From Nitrospirota bacterium (GTDB lineage: Bacteria > Nitrospirota > Nitrospiria > Nitrospirales > Nitrospiraceae), in assembly GCA_040757595.1 (NCBI GenBank), contig JBFLWP010000002.1, positions 231,832-263,831 on the forward strand: a stretch of 32,000 nucleotides of DNA, read 5' to 3'. This document shows, in pieces, positions 15,727-26,462 of the stretch (position 1 is its first letter; each line of letters starts with the position of its first letter). The notes beneath the pieces were generated by a model. The model did no database searches. It worked only from the letters and a program-made list of their open reading frames with translations, and was not told the DNA's origin. A program made the position numbers and the translations under genes.

Positions 15727-17502
15727 ATGAAACTCACCGGGGCTGAAATTTTCTTGGAGTCGCTCAAGCGCGAGGGGGTAAAGACCATCTTCGCCTTGCC
15801 GGGCGGCGTCGTCCTGAAGATCTTCGACGTGCTGCACCAGCAGAAGGACGTCGAGGTGGTGCTCACCCGCCACGAGCAGGGGGCGGGCCACATGGCCGAG
15901 GGCTATGCCAAGGCCACCGGCAAGGCCGGCGTGGCGCTCGTGACCTCCGGCCCCGGCATGACCAACGTGGTCACGGCTCTGGCCGACGCCTACATGGACT
16001 CGGTGCCGCTCGTCTGCTTCACCGGTCAGGTGCCGACCAGCCTGATTGGGAACGACGCCTTCCAGGAGGCGGACAACGTGGGGCTGAGCCGTCCCTGCAC
16101 CAAGTACAACTTCCTCGTCAAGGACGTGAACGACCTGGCGGTCACGATCAAGGAAGCCTTCTACATCGCCACCACCGGCAGGCCGGGGCCGGTTCTCGTG
16201 GACATTCCGAAGGACGTGTCCATGAACAAGACCGACTTCAAGTACCCCAGCTCGGTCTCGATCCGGGGCTACAACCCGACCTACGAGGGAAACAAGTGGC
16301 AGATCAAGCAGGCGGCCGACGCGATCCTGAAGGCCAAGAAGCCGGTCCTCTACGTCGGCGGCGGCGTGGTCTTCTCCGGCGCCTCAGAGGAGCTTCTGGA
16401 GCTGGCCGAGCTGGCCCAGATTCCCGTGGACATGACGCTGATGGCCCTGGGGGCCTTTCCCGGCGAGCATCCGCTCTCGATGGGGATGATGGGCATGCAC
16501 GGCACCTACTGGGCCAACATGGCCGTCCACTATTCGGACCTCGTGATCGCGGTGGGCGCCCGGTTCGACGACCGCGTGACCGGCAAGGTGTCGGAGTTCT
16601 GCCCCTACGCGAAGGTCATCCACATCGACATCGATCCGACCTCGATCCGGAAGAACGTCCACGTGGACATCCCGATCGTGGGGGACTGCAAGCGCGTGCT
16701 GCGGGAGCTGAACCAGATCCTGAAAGCCACGGTAAACGGGGAGCAGCGGGAACTGCGCAAGCCCTGGTGGGATCAGATCAACGAGTGGCGGCAGGCCCAC
16801 CCGCTCGCGTACGAGCAGGACCCGAACGGCGCGATCAAGCCCCAGCACGTGATCAAGCGGCTCTTCGAGCTGACCAAGGACCGGGACCCGATCGTGGCCA
16901 CGGACGTGGGGCAACACCAGATGTGGTCCGCCCAGTACTTCAAGCTGGCGAAGCCGCGCCGCTGGCTCACGTCCGGCGGGCTGGGGACCATGGGGTTCGG
17001 CGTGCCGGCCGCCATGGGGGCTCAGGCGGCCTTCCGGGACAAGCTGGTCCTCTGCGTGGCGGGGGACGGGAGCGTCCAGATGAACATGCAGGAACTGGCC
17101 ACGGCGGTCGTGCACAAGCTGCCGATCAAGGTCGTCATCATCAACAACCGGTTCCACGGCATGGTGCGGCAGTGGCAGGACCTGTTCTACGAGGGGCGGT
17201 ACGCGTCCAGCGACCTGGACACGGTGCCGGACTTCGTCAAGCTGGCCGAGGCTTACGGGGCCGTCGGACTGCGCGCGGCCAAGGTCTCGGAGGTGGACGA
17301 CGTCATCAAGCAGGCGCTGGCGGCGGACAAGCCGGTGATCGTGGACGTGCCGGTGGACCGGTACGAGAACTGCTATCCGATGATCCCGGCCGGCGGGTGC
17401 AACCACGAGATGATCCTGGGCGATCCGCCCGAGCTCAAGAAAAAGCAGGCTGCCGGCGCGCCGGTGACCCCGGAGGACAAGGACACGGTGCTGACGGCAT
17501 AA
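15727..17502 (+). CDS. ilvB: acetolactate synthase large subunit
   Basis: 591 aa from ATG 15727 (MKLTGAEIFLESLKREGV). ThDP-enzyme motifs are GPGMTNVVTALADAYMDSVPLV and GLGTMGFGVPAAMGA..VAGDGSVQMN. Confidence 0.95.
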   Translation: MKLTGAEIFLESLKREGVKTIFALPGGVVLKIFDVLHQQKDVEVVLTRHEQGAGHMAEGYAKATGKAGVALVTSGPGMTNVVTALADAYMDSVPLVCFTGQVPTSLIGNDAFQEADNVGLSRPCTKYNFLVKDVNDLAVTIKEAFYIATTGRPGPVLVDIPKDVSMNKTDFKYPSSVSIRGYNPTYEGNKWQIKQAADAILKAKKPVLYVGGGVVFSGASEELLELAELAQIPVDMTLMALGAFPGEHPLSMGMMGMHGTYWANMAVHYSDLVIAVGARFDDRVTGKVSEFCPYAKVIHIDIDPTSIRKNVHVDIPIVGDCKRVLRELNQILKATVNGEQRELRKPWWDQINEWRQAHPLAYEQDPNGAIKPQHVIKRLFELTKDRDPIVATDVGQHQMWSAQYFKLAKPRRWLTSGGLGTMGFGVPAAMGAQAAFRDKLVLCVAGDGSVQMNMQELATAVVHKLPIKVVIINNRFHGMVRQWQDLFYEGRYASSDLDTVPDFVKLAEAYGAVGLRAAKVSEVDDVIKQALAADKPVIVDVPVDRYENCYPMIPAGGCNHEMILGDPPELKKKQAAGAPVTPEDKDTVLTA

Positions 17503-17510
17503 GAAGAAGT

Positions 17511-17568
17511 ATGAAGTCTGAACGATGAAGGATGAAGTCAGCGTTCCGACTTCATCCTTCAGCCTTGG
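17511..17568. repeat. inverted heptamer array (ATGAAGN x4 / NCTTCAN x3) with a perfect 14-bp stem
   Basis: TGAAGGATGAAGTC (17526-17539) pairs with GACTTCATCCTTCA (17548-17561) around the loop AGCGTTCC. Confidence 0.85.
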
Positions 17569-17574
17569 TTTAGG

Positions 17575-19210
<1,636 letters not shown>

Positions 19211-19218
19211 AAGCGGTT

Positions 19219-19271
19219 GTCAGTCGTCAGTGGTCAGTTTCAACTGATGACTGATCACTGATCACTGAAAA
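19219..19271. repeat. inverted heptamer array (GTCAGTN x3 / CTGANNA x4)
   Basis: gtcagtc gtcagtg gtcagtt - tcaa - ctgatga ctgatca ctgatca ctgaaaa. Confidence 0.85.
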
Positions 19272-19280
19272 CTCGAAGCA

Positions 19281-19931
19281 ATGGCGGACCGGGCCGTCGG
19301 AATTCCGATCGTCAGGGAAGGGCTGCCGTTCGTGGCCGCGACGGGCGGCTCGGCGGCCTTGGCCGGAGCGCTCGGCTGGACAGGGCCGGCCGCGGTGCTG
19401 GCCGGGCTGGCCGCCTTTACCGCCTGGTTCTTTCGCAATCCGCGCCGGGTTGCGCCCCTCGCGGCCGGGTCGGTGGTGGCGCCGGGCGACGGTCGGGTCA
19501 TCGCGATCGCCGAGGAGTTCGAGCCCCGCTACCTGAAGGATCAGAGCATCCGGGTGAGCATCTTTCTGAACGTCTTCGACGTGCACGTGAACCGGATTCC
19601 CTGCGACGGCGCGGTCGAGGAGGTGGCCTACCAGCCGGGCCGGTTCGTGGCGGCCGACAGGCCGGAGGCGACGCTGCGGAACGAGCAGAACGCTCTGATG
19701 ATCAGGACCGCCCAGGGCGCCAAGGTGCTCTGCGTCCAGGTGGCCGGGCTGATCGCGCGGCGGATCGTCTGTTGGGCTTCGCCCGGCGAGCAGGTCCGGT
19801 GCGGCGACCGGTACGGCCTGATCCGGTTCGGCTCGCGGATGGACCTGTTCCTGCCGCTCGGGGCGAAGCTGCTGGTCCGGGTTGGGGAACGGGTGAAGGG
19901 GGGCGAGACCCTGCTCGCCCAGTTCGGCTGA
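19281..19931 (+). CDS. psd: phosphatidylserine decarboxylase proenzyme (short type)
   Basis: 216 aa with the self-cleavage motif LIRFGSRMDLFLP. Confidence 0.9.
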   Translation: MADRAVGIPIVREGLPFVAATGGSAALAGALGWTGPAAVLAGLAAFTAWFFRNPRRVAPLAAGSVVAPGDGRVIAIAEEFEPRYLKDQSIRVSIFLNVFDVHVNRIPCDGAVEEVAYQPGRFVAADRPEATLRNEQNALMIRTAQGAKVLCVQVAGLIARRIVCWASPGEQVRCGDRYGLIRFGSRMDLFLPLGAKLLVRVGERVKGGETLLAQFG

Positions 19932-19944
19932 GGGGGAAGCGATC

Positions 19945-20754
19945 ATGCGTCCACCGTTCATGAAAACCGGCCGGTTCAAGTTCATGAAGGATCCGAAACG
20001 CCGGCGCGGGGTGTACCTGATTCCGAACCTGCTGACGACCGGCAACCTGTTCAGCGGACTCTTCTCGATCCTGGCCGTCTTCGACGCCAACTACGTGGCC
20101 GCGGCGGTCGCGATCCTCGTGGCGATCGTCTTCGACATGCTGGATGGGAAATCGGCCCGTTGGATGAACAGCACGAGCCAGTTCGGCGTGGAGTACGATT
20201 CGCTGGCCGACCTCGTGTCCTTCGGGGTGGCCCCGGGCCTTCTGATCTACTCCTGGGCGCTCAGCACGCACGGCATGCTGGGCTCCGCGGTCCTGTTTGC
20301 GTTCGTGGCCTGCGGCGCGCTGCGCCTCGCCCGGTTCAACGTGATGACGGCGACGACCGAGAGCAAGTACTTCACGGGGCTCCCGATCCCGGCTGCGGCG
20401 AGCGTGATCGCGACGCTGGTGATCTTCGACCATCACATCGTGCGGATGGGAGCCGAGATCAAGCCGCTCCTGATCCTGATCGTGACGCTCTCGTTGGCCT
20501 TCCTGATGGTCAGCACGGTCAAATACCGGAGCTTCAAGGATCTCAAGTTCCGGGGCGGGCAGCACTTCAATTACCTGGTCTGGGCCATCCTGGGGCTGAT
20601 GCTCGTGGTCGCCTGGCCGCAGTTGATGCTGTTCGTGCTCGCGGCCGGCTACGCCCTGCTGGGGCCGGTCGAAAAGGGCGTCACCCTCGTGGCCAAGACG
20701 TTCGGGAGGCGGGAGCCGGCCGCGGAGCAGCCGGTGCTGGAATCGAAGGACTAA
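19945..20754 (+). CDS. pssA: CDP-diacylglycerol-serine O-phosphatidyltransferase
   Basis: It has the CDP-alcohol phosphatidyltransferase motif DMLDGKSAR..G..YDSLADLVSFG and is a multi-pass membrane protein. Confidence 0.9.
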   Translation: MRPPFMKTGRFKFMKDPKRRRGVYLIPNLLTTGNLFSGLFSILAVFDANYVAAAVAILVAIVFDMLDGKSARWMNSTSQFGVEYDSLADLVSFGVAPGLLIYSWALSTHGMLGSAVLFAFVACGALRLARFNVMTATTESKYFTGLPIPAAASVIATLVIFDHHIVRMGAEIKPLLILIVTLSLAFLMVSTVKYRSFKDLKFRGGQHFNYLVWAILGLMLVVAWPQLMLFVLAAGYALLGPVEKGVTLVAKTFGRREPAAEQPVLESKD

Positions 20755-20779
20755 ACAGGGTAGACTGGAACGGCTGGGA

Positions 20780-21043
20780 AGAGGAGTAGTAGGCGGTCCC
20801 GACGGAAGGGAGAGAGCTGGTGGATGGTGCGAACCAGCCTGGCGGCCGCCGAACTCGCCTCGGAGCCGGGCCCGTGAAATCTCCGGAGTCGGAGGGGGTA
20901 ATGGGTCCCGCCTGACCCCCGTGACGGGTCCAACGAAGGGTGCCCGGGGCGACGCTGGACGCCGGGCGCTGAATCAGGGTGGTACCACGGAGCGCGTAAG
21001 CCTTCGTCCCTGGCCTGCCTGGGAGGAAGGCTTTTTCGTTTTT
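20780..21043 (+). promoter_or_regulatory. T-box riboswitch leader, leucine specifier (CUC), with intrinsic terminator
   Basis: The T-box motif AATCAGGGTGGTACCACGG is at 20972-20990. Stem I has an AGAGAG bay and the distal loop GCTGG-TGGATGGTGCGAA-CCAGC. The specifier context is GAA-CTC-G, with CTC at 20854-20856. The terminator stem is AAGCCTTCGTCCC/GGGAGGAAGGCTT, followed by TTTTTCGTTTTT (21032-21043). Confidence 0.8.
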
Positions 21044-21058
21044 GAGGAGGGTTGAGCC

Positions 21059-22612
21059 ATGACGCGCATGATCCGGATCTTCGACACCACCTTGCGCGAC
21101 GGAGAACAGTCGCCCGGAGCCAGCATGAACGTGGAAGAAAAGGTCATGGTGGCCAAGCAGCTGGCCAGGCTGGGGGTTGACATCATCGAGGCGGGGTTCG
21201 CCTACAGCTCTCCCGGCGACTTCGAGGCGGTCCGGCGGATCGCCCTTGAGGTCGAGGGGCCCACGATCTGCAGCCTGGCCCGGGCCAGGCCGGAGGACAT
21301 CGACCGGGCCTGGGAAGCCCTCAAGGGCGCGCCCAAGGTGCGCATCCACACGTTCCTCTCCACCTCGGACATCCACCTGAAGTATCAGTTCCGCATGACG
21401 AGGGCCGAGGCCCTGAAGCGGGCGGTGGAGATGGTGCAGCGGGCGCGGGGGTACGTGGAGGACGTGGAGTTCTCCCCGATGGACGCGACCCGGTCGGATC
21501 CCGGCTACATGCACGAGGTGCTGGAAGCGGTGATCGAGGCCGGAGCCGGGACCGTGAACATCCCGGACACGGTCGGCTACACGACGCCGCAGGAGTTCGG
21601 GCGTCTGATCCGAGGGATCCGCGAAAAGGTGCGCCGCATCGACCGGGCGGTCATCTCGGTCCATTGCCACAACGACCTCGGCCTGGCCGTGGCCAACTCG
21701 CTGGCGGCCGTGCTGGAAGGGGCCGGGCAAGTCGAGTGCACGATCAACGGGATCGGCGAGCGGGCCGGCAACGCGTCGCTGGAGGAGGTCGCGATGGGCC
21801 TCCGCACGAGGAAGGACGTCTACGGGGCGGACACCGGCATCCGGACCGAGGAGATCACCAAGACGAGCCGGCTCGTCAGCAAGATCACGGGCATGGTCGT
21901 CCAGCCGAACAAGGCGATCGTCGGCGCCAACGCCTTCGCCCACGCCTCCGGCATCCATCAGGACGGGCTGCTGAAGGAGAAGAGCACCTACGAGATCATG
22001 AGACCGGAGTCGGTCGGGCTGGTGCAGAGCAAGCTGGTCATGGGGAAGCTCTCGGGCCGGCACGCGTTCCGGCAGAAGCTGGAGGAGATGGGCTACAAGC
22101 TCACCGAGGAGGAGCTGCACCACGCCTTCGCGCGGTTCAAGAAGCTGGCGGACCAGAAGAAGGAGGTCTACGAAGAGGACCTCGAAGTGATCGTGTCCGA
22201 GGAGATCGCGAAGATCCCCGAGCGGTACGTCCTCAAGCGCCTCCACGTGGAAAGCGGGACCGACCAGGTGCCCACCGCCCAGGTGGAGCTGGAGATCGAC
22301 GGCCGTCTCATCAAGCAGTCAGGGACGGGCGACGGGCCGGTGGACGCCGCCTACCGGACCATCGCGGCGATGGTCCGGACGAAGAGCCGCCTGCTCTCCT
22401 ACGCGGTCGAAGCCATCACGGGCGGCACGGAGGCCCAGGGGGAGGTTTCCGTACGGGTCGAGGAGGGAGGCAAGACCACGACGGGCCACGGGGCGGACAC
22501 GGACATCATCGTCGCCTCCGCCAAGGCCTATCTGAACGCGCTCAACAAGCTGGCCTTCTGGGCCTCCAAGCACTTCGATCCGGAGCAGAAGGCCGGCTTG
22601 ATTTGGCAGTAG
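21059..22612 (+). CDS. leuA: 2-isopropylmalate synthase
   Basis: 517 aa, with [31 protein letters not shown] and the C-terminal LeuA regulatory domain. SD GAGGAGG is at 21044-21050. Confidence 0.95.
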   Translation: MTRMIRIFDTTLRDGEQSPGASMNVEEKVMVAKQLARLGVDIIEAGFAYSSPGDFEAVRRIALEVEGPTICSLARARPEDIDRAWEALKGAPKVRIHTFLSTSDIHLKYQFRMTRAEALKRAVEMVQRARGYVEDVEFSPMDATRSDPGYMHEVLEAVIEAGAGTVNIPDTVGYTTPQEFGRLIRGIREKVRRIDRAVISVHCHNDLGLAVANSLAAVLEGAGQVECTINGIGERAGNASLEEVAMGLRTRKDVYGADTGIRTEEITKTSRLVSKITGMVVQPNKAIVGANAFAHASGIHQDGLLKEKSTYEIMRPESVGLVQSKLVMGKLSGRHAFRQKLEEMGYKLTEEELHHAFARFKKLADQKKEVYEEDLEVIVSEEIAKIPERYVLKRLHVESGTDQVPTAQVELEIDGRLIKQSGTGDGPVDAAYRTIAAMVRTKSRLLSYAVEAITGGTEAQGEVSVRVEEGGKTTTGHGADTDIIVASAKAYLNALNKLAFWASKHFDPEQKAGLIWQ

Positions 22613-22646
22613 GGCGCGGGTAGAGTCGGGAACCGGGACGCGAGCG

Positions 22647-22728
22647 CGTCGTACGTCACTCGTGAAGCGCTAAACGCAAGAATTTTTCTCTCGCGCTTCA
22701 CGAACAACGCTTCACGAAAGACGCCTTG
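22647..22728. repeat. inverted heptamer array (CGNNNNN period 7 on both arms) with a 10-bp perfect stem
   Basis: The left arm is cgtcgta cgtcact cgtgaag cgctaaa cgcaaga. The right arm is cgcttca cgaacaa cgcttca cgaaaga cgccttg. CGTGAAGCGC (22661-22670) pairs with GCGCTTCACG (22693-22702). Confidence 0.8.
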
Positions 22729-22741
22729 GAGGAGTTCGGGG

Positions 22742-23818
22742 ATGAAGGTGAAGATTGCGGTGCTGGCCGGGGACGGGGTGGGACAGGAGATCGTCCCCGA
22801 GGCGGTCAAGATTCTCAAGGCGGTGGGGGAGAAGTTCCACCACCAGTTCGAGTTCGCGCCCGCCGTCGTCGGCGGCCAGGCCATTGACCGGACCGGAGCG
22901 CCGCTGCCGCCGGAGACGCTGGCGCTCGCCAAGCAGAGCGATGCGGTGCTGCTGGGGGCGGTGGGCGGTCCCAAGTGGGAGGGGCTGGACTACTCGATCC
23001 GGCCGGAGCGGGCGCTGCTCGGGCTGCGGGAGGAACTGGGCCTCTTCGCCAACCTCCGGCCGGCGAAGCTCTACCCGATGCTGGCCGATGCTTCCACGCT
23101 CAAGCGGGAGGTGATCGAGGGGATCGACGTGCTGGTCGTCCGGGAGTTGATCGGGGGCATCTATTTCGGCAAGCCCAAGGGGATCGAGAAGACCCCGGAG
23201 GGGGAGCGGGGCGTCAACACGGAGGTGTACACGACCCAGGAGATCCGGCGCATCGCCAAGGTGGCCTTCGAGGCGGCCAAGAAGCGGCGGCGACGGGTCA
23301 CCTCCGTGGACAAGGCCAACGTGCTCGAATCCTCGGAGCTCTGGCGGCGCGTCGTGACGGAGGTCCATCGGGACTATCCGGACGTCGAGCTGGCCCACAT
23401 GTACGTGGACAACTGCGCGATGCAGTTGATCCGGAATCCGAAACAGTTCGACGTGCTCGTGACGACCAACCTGTTCGGGGACATCCTGAGCGACGAGGCG
23501 GCGATGCTGACCGGCTCCATCGGCATGCTCCCGTCCGCGAGCCTCGGCGCCCATGCGGGCCTTTTCGAGCCGATCCACGGGAGCGCGCCGGACATCGCGG
23601 GCAAGAACGTCGCGAACCCGATCGCGACGATCGCCTCGGCCGCCATGATGCTGTCCTACACGTTCCAGTTGGACAAGGAAGCCGACGCGGTCGAACAGGC
23701 GATCCTCAAGACCCTGCAGCAGGGCTATCGGACGAAGGACATCCAGGGCCCGGGCTGCACGCTGGTCGGCACGGTCGAGATGGGAAGCGCGATTCTCAAG
23801 AATCTCCAGCGGGGATGA
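22742..23818 (+). CDS. leuB: 3-isopropylmalate dehydrogenase
   Basis: 358 aa, with [18 protein letters not shown] and [26 protein letters not shown]. Confidence 0.95.
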   Translation: MKVKIAVLAGDGVGQEIVPEAVKILKAVGEKFHHQFEFAPAVVGGQAIDRTGAPLPPETLALAKQSDAVLLGAVGGPKWEGLDYSIRPERALLGLREELGLFANLRPAKLYPMLADASTLKREVIEGIDVLVVRELIGGIYFGKPKGIEKTPEGERGVNTEVYTTQEIRRIAKVAFEAAKKRRRRVTSVDKANVLESSELWRRVVTEVHRDYPDVELAHMYVDNCAMQLIRNPKQFDVLVTTNLFGDILSDEAAMLTGSIGMLPSASLGAHAGLFEPIHGSAPDIAGKNVANPIATIASAAMMLSYTFQLDKEADAVEQAILKTLQQGYRTKDIQGPGCTLVGTVEMGSAILKNLQRG

Positions 23819-23827
23819 GCCAGGACC

Positions 23828-25051
23828 ATGATCGCTTCAGGAAAGCAGGGAACCATCGTGACAGTGGCCGGCACCGGGGAGCCGGGCTTCGGGGGCGACG
23901 GGGGCCCGGCGATCTCGGCCCGCCTGAACGAGCCCAAGAGCCTCGCGCTCGACGGGACCGGCCTCGTTCTGTACATCGCCGATTCGGAGAACCACGCGAT
24001 CCGGAGGGTGGATCTCCGGACCGGGATCATCGAGACCGTCGCCGGAAGCCCGGATGAGGCGGTCTCTGCGACGGCCGGCTGCGGCGATCAGCCGGGCTCC
24101 TGGCCAGCACCGCCGGAGGAGGATCCCTTCGACGGTCCCAGGCTGGCCGGGCCGGAGCGGTTCACCCAGGTCGGCGACCTGAGCGGGACGGTCCGGTTCA
24201 CGGTCGGGACCGCGCCGAAGACCGGACGATTCGAAGGAGACGGAGGCCCGGCAATCGAGGCGAAGCTCCACTTCCCGTCAGCCGTGGCGGTGGAAGGGGC
24301 AGGGCACGTCTATATCGCCGACACGATGAACCACCGGATCCGGAAGGTTGAGGCGCGCACGGGCCTGATCACGACGATCGCGGGCAGCGGGAAGCCGCGC
24401 TATTCCGGGGACGGAGGGCCGGCCGTGACCGCCTCGCTGAACGAGCCGACGGCCCTGGCGTTGGACGGGTGCGGGGCGCTCTACGTCGCCGATCAGAGCA
24501 ACAACCGGGTTCGCCGGATCGATCTGGCGACCGGGATCATCACGACGGTGGCCGGCACGGGCGAGGCTGCTTACACGGGGGACGGGGTTCTCGGTACGGA
24601 GGCGGCCTTGGCCGGGCCCAGCGGTCTCGCCTTCGGGCCGGACGGGCAGCTCTATCTCGCCGACACCTTCAACGGGCGGATTCGAGCGCTGGACCTCACG
24701 AGCGGCGTGATCAGCACGGTGGCCGGGGACGGGAGCGAGTACCGGTTCCAGGGGGTCGCCGGAGAATTCTCGACGAGCCTCTCGCGGCCTTACGGGATCG
24801 CCGTAGACCGGGAGGGATCCATTCTGATCACCGACTCGGACAGCCACCTGATCCGCCGGTGGGACCGGCGCAGGAAGATCATCGCGCTCGTGGCGGGCAA
24901 CGGAACGGCCCAGTTCGGCGGCGACGGGGGACCCCCGCAGGCCGGCAGCCTGAACTATCCGTTCGGCGTCGCGGTTGACGGGCAGGGGAACATCTACATC
25001 GCCGACACGTTCAACCACCGGATCCGGATGATCTCGGCCGAGAAGCGGTGA
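23828..25051 (+). CDS. NHL-repeat beta-propeller protein
   Basis: 407 aa. It has about six repeats of the unit G.G...(Y/F)(G/S)GDGGPA...L..P..(L/V)A(L/V)D..G..(Y)(I/V)AD..N(H/N)RIR(R/K)(I/V). I saw no signal peptide. Confidence 0.85.
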   Translation: MIASGKQGTIVTVAGTGEPGFGGDGGPAISARLNEPKSLALDGTGLVLYIADSENHAIRRVDLRTGIIETVAGSPDEAVSATAGCGDQPGSWPAPPEEDPFDGPRLAGPERFTQVGDLSGTVRFTVGTAPKTGRFEGDGGPAIEAKLHFPSAVAVEGAGHVYIADTMNHRIRKVEARTGLITTIAGSGKPRYSGDGGPAVTASLNEPTALALDGCGALYVADQSNNRVRRIDLATGIITTVAGTGEAAYTGDGVLGTEAALAGPSGLAFGPDGQLYLADTFNGRIRALDLTSGVISTVAGDGSEYRFQGVAGEFSTSLSRPYGIAVDREGSILITDSDSHLIRRWDRRRKIIALVAGNGTAQFGGDGGPPQAGSLNYPFGVAVDGQGNIYIADTFNHRIRMISAEKR

Positions 25052-25101
25052 CGAGTGATGGGTGGACGAGTGACGAAGGTGCTGGAAGAGGAGCGGAGGG
25101 G

Positions 25102-26196
25102 ATGCTGACGAAGAAACCGGCCTACAAGGTGGCGGTGGTCGGCGCGACCGGTGCGGTCGGGGCCGAAATGATCGAGGTGCTGGAGGAGCGGAAGTTCCCC
25201 GTGGAGACGCTCCTTCCCCTGGCATCGTCCCGATCGGCCGGCGGCTCCGTGACCTTCCGCGGCCAGGACGTGACCGTCAAACTGTTGACCAAGGACTCGT
25301 TCGGGGGGGTGGACATCGCTCTCTTTTCGGCCGGCACCGACGTGAGCCGGGAGTACGCGCCGATCGCGGCCAAGGCTGGAGCCGTGGTCATCGACAACAG
25401 CGCGGCCTGGCGCATGGAGAAGGACGTGCCCCTCGTCGTGCCGGAAGTCAATCCGCAGGATGCGGGCCGGCACCGGGGCATCATCGCCAACCCGAACTGC
25501 TCCACGATCCAGATGGTCGTGGCGCTCAAGCCGCTCCACGACCGGGTTCGGATCAAGCGGGTCGTCGTGACGACCTTCCAGTCGGTCTCGGGAACGGGCA
25601 AGGAGGCCATGGACGAGCTGATGGAGGAGTGTCAGGCGCTCCTCAGCTTCAAGGAGCCGCAGCCCAAGGTTTATCCCTATCAGATCGCCTTCAACTGTCT
25701 CCCGCACATCGACGACTTTCTGCCCAGCGGGTACACGAAGGAAGAGATGAAGATGGTCAACGAGACCAGGAAGATCATGGGGGATCAGACGATCCAGGTG
25801 ACGGCCACCACGGTGCGGGTGCCGGTCTACGTCGGCCATTCGGAGGCCGTCAACATCGAGACCGAGCGGAAGCTGACGGCCAACGAGGCGCGCGCGATCC
25901 TGGCCGCCGCGCCGGGCGTGCTCGTGTTCGACGACCCCTCCCGCAAGGTCTATCCGATGCCGCTGGACGTGGCCGGGAAGGACGAGGTCTACGTGGGCCG
26001 GATCCGCGAGGACGAGTCGATCCCCAACGGCTTGAACCTCTGGGTCGTGGCGGACAATCTCCGGAAAGGAGCGGCGCTCAACGCGGTCCAGATCGCCGAG
26101 ATCTTGGTTGGACTCCCTAGCGAGCGAGGCGAGCGAGAGGGGGAGGCTCCATCCGGCTTCGCCGGTGGAGGGGGCGACGCGAGCCCCTGGAACTGA
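25102..26196 (+). CDS. asd: aspartate-semialdehyde dehydrogenase
   Basis: 364 aa from ATG 25102, with KVAVVGATGAVGAEMIEVL and the active-site region IIANPNCSTIQMV. Confidence 0.95.
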   Translation: MLTKKPAYKVAVVGATGAVGAEMIEVLEERKFPVETLLPLASSRSAGGSVTFRGQDVTVKLLTKDSFGGVDIALFSAGTDVSREYAPIAAKAGAVVIDNSAAWRMEKDVPLVVPEVNPQDAGRHRGIIANPNCSTIQMVVALKPLHDRVRIKRVVVTTFQSVSGTGKEAMDELMEECQALLSFKEPQPKVYPYQIAFNCLPHIDDFLPSGYTKEEMKMVNETRKIMGDQTIQVTATTVRVPVYVGHSEAVNIETERKLTANEARAILAAAPGVLVFDDPSRKVYPMPLDVAGKDEVYVGRIREDESIPNGLNLWVVADNLRKGAALNAVQIAEILVGLPSERGEREGEAPSGFAGGGGDASPWN

Positions 26197-26211
26197 CAAG
26201 TGAGGTGACCC

Positions 26212-26457
26212 ATGCCGGACTGGAGCTGGCTGGGCAAGGTGCTGATCGTGATGGGCCTGGGGCTCGCCCTGATGGGGGCCCTCCTGTCCCTCCTCGGCAA
26301 GCTGCCCGGATCCGGCAACGGCCTGGGGTGGTTCGGCAAGCTCCCCGGGGACATTCTGATCAAGCGGGATCACTTCACCTTTTACTTCCCCCTGGCCACC
26401 AGCCTCCTGATCAGCGTGGTGCTGAGCCTCCTCTGGTATTTTCTGTCCAGACGGTAA
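26212..26457 (+). CDS. DUF2905-family small membrane protein
   Basis: 81 aa, with two hydrophobic helices flanking GKLPGDILIKRD. Confidence 0.75.
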   Translation: MPDWSWLGKVLIVMGLGLALMGALLSLLGKLPGSGNGLGWFGKLPGDILIKRDHFTFYFPLATSLLISVVLSLLWYFLSRR

Positions 26458-26462
26458 TCGTG

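Noticed and set aside
19244-19250. CTGATGA in the ilvC-psd spacer as a possible hammerhead ribozyme core.
   Set aside because: It is simply one of the CTGANNA heptamer units. There is no matching GAAA or cleavage-site helix arrangement.
20681-22246. 521-aa minus-strand ORF antisense to leuA. Similar cases are 24994-26373 (antisense to asd), 16384-18195 (antisense to ilvB/ilvN) and 29944-31290 (antisense to mreB).
   Set aside because: These are antisense artefacts of high GC, and the sense frames encode textbook enzymes.
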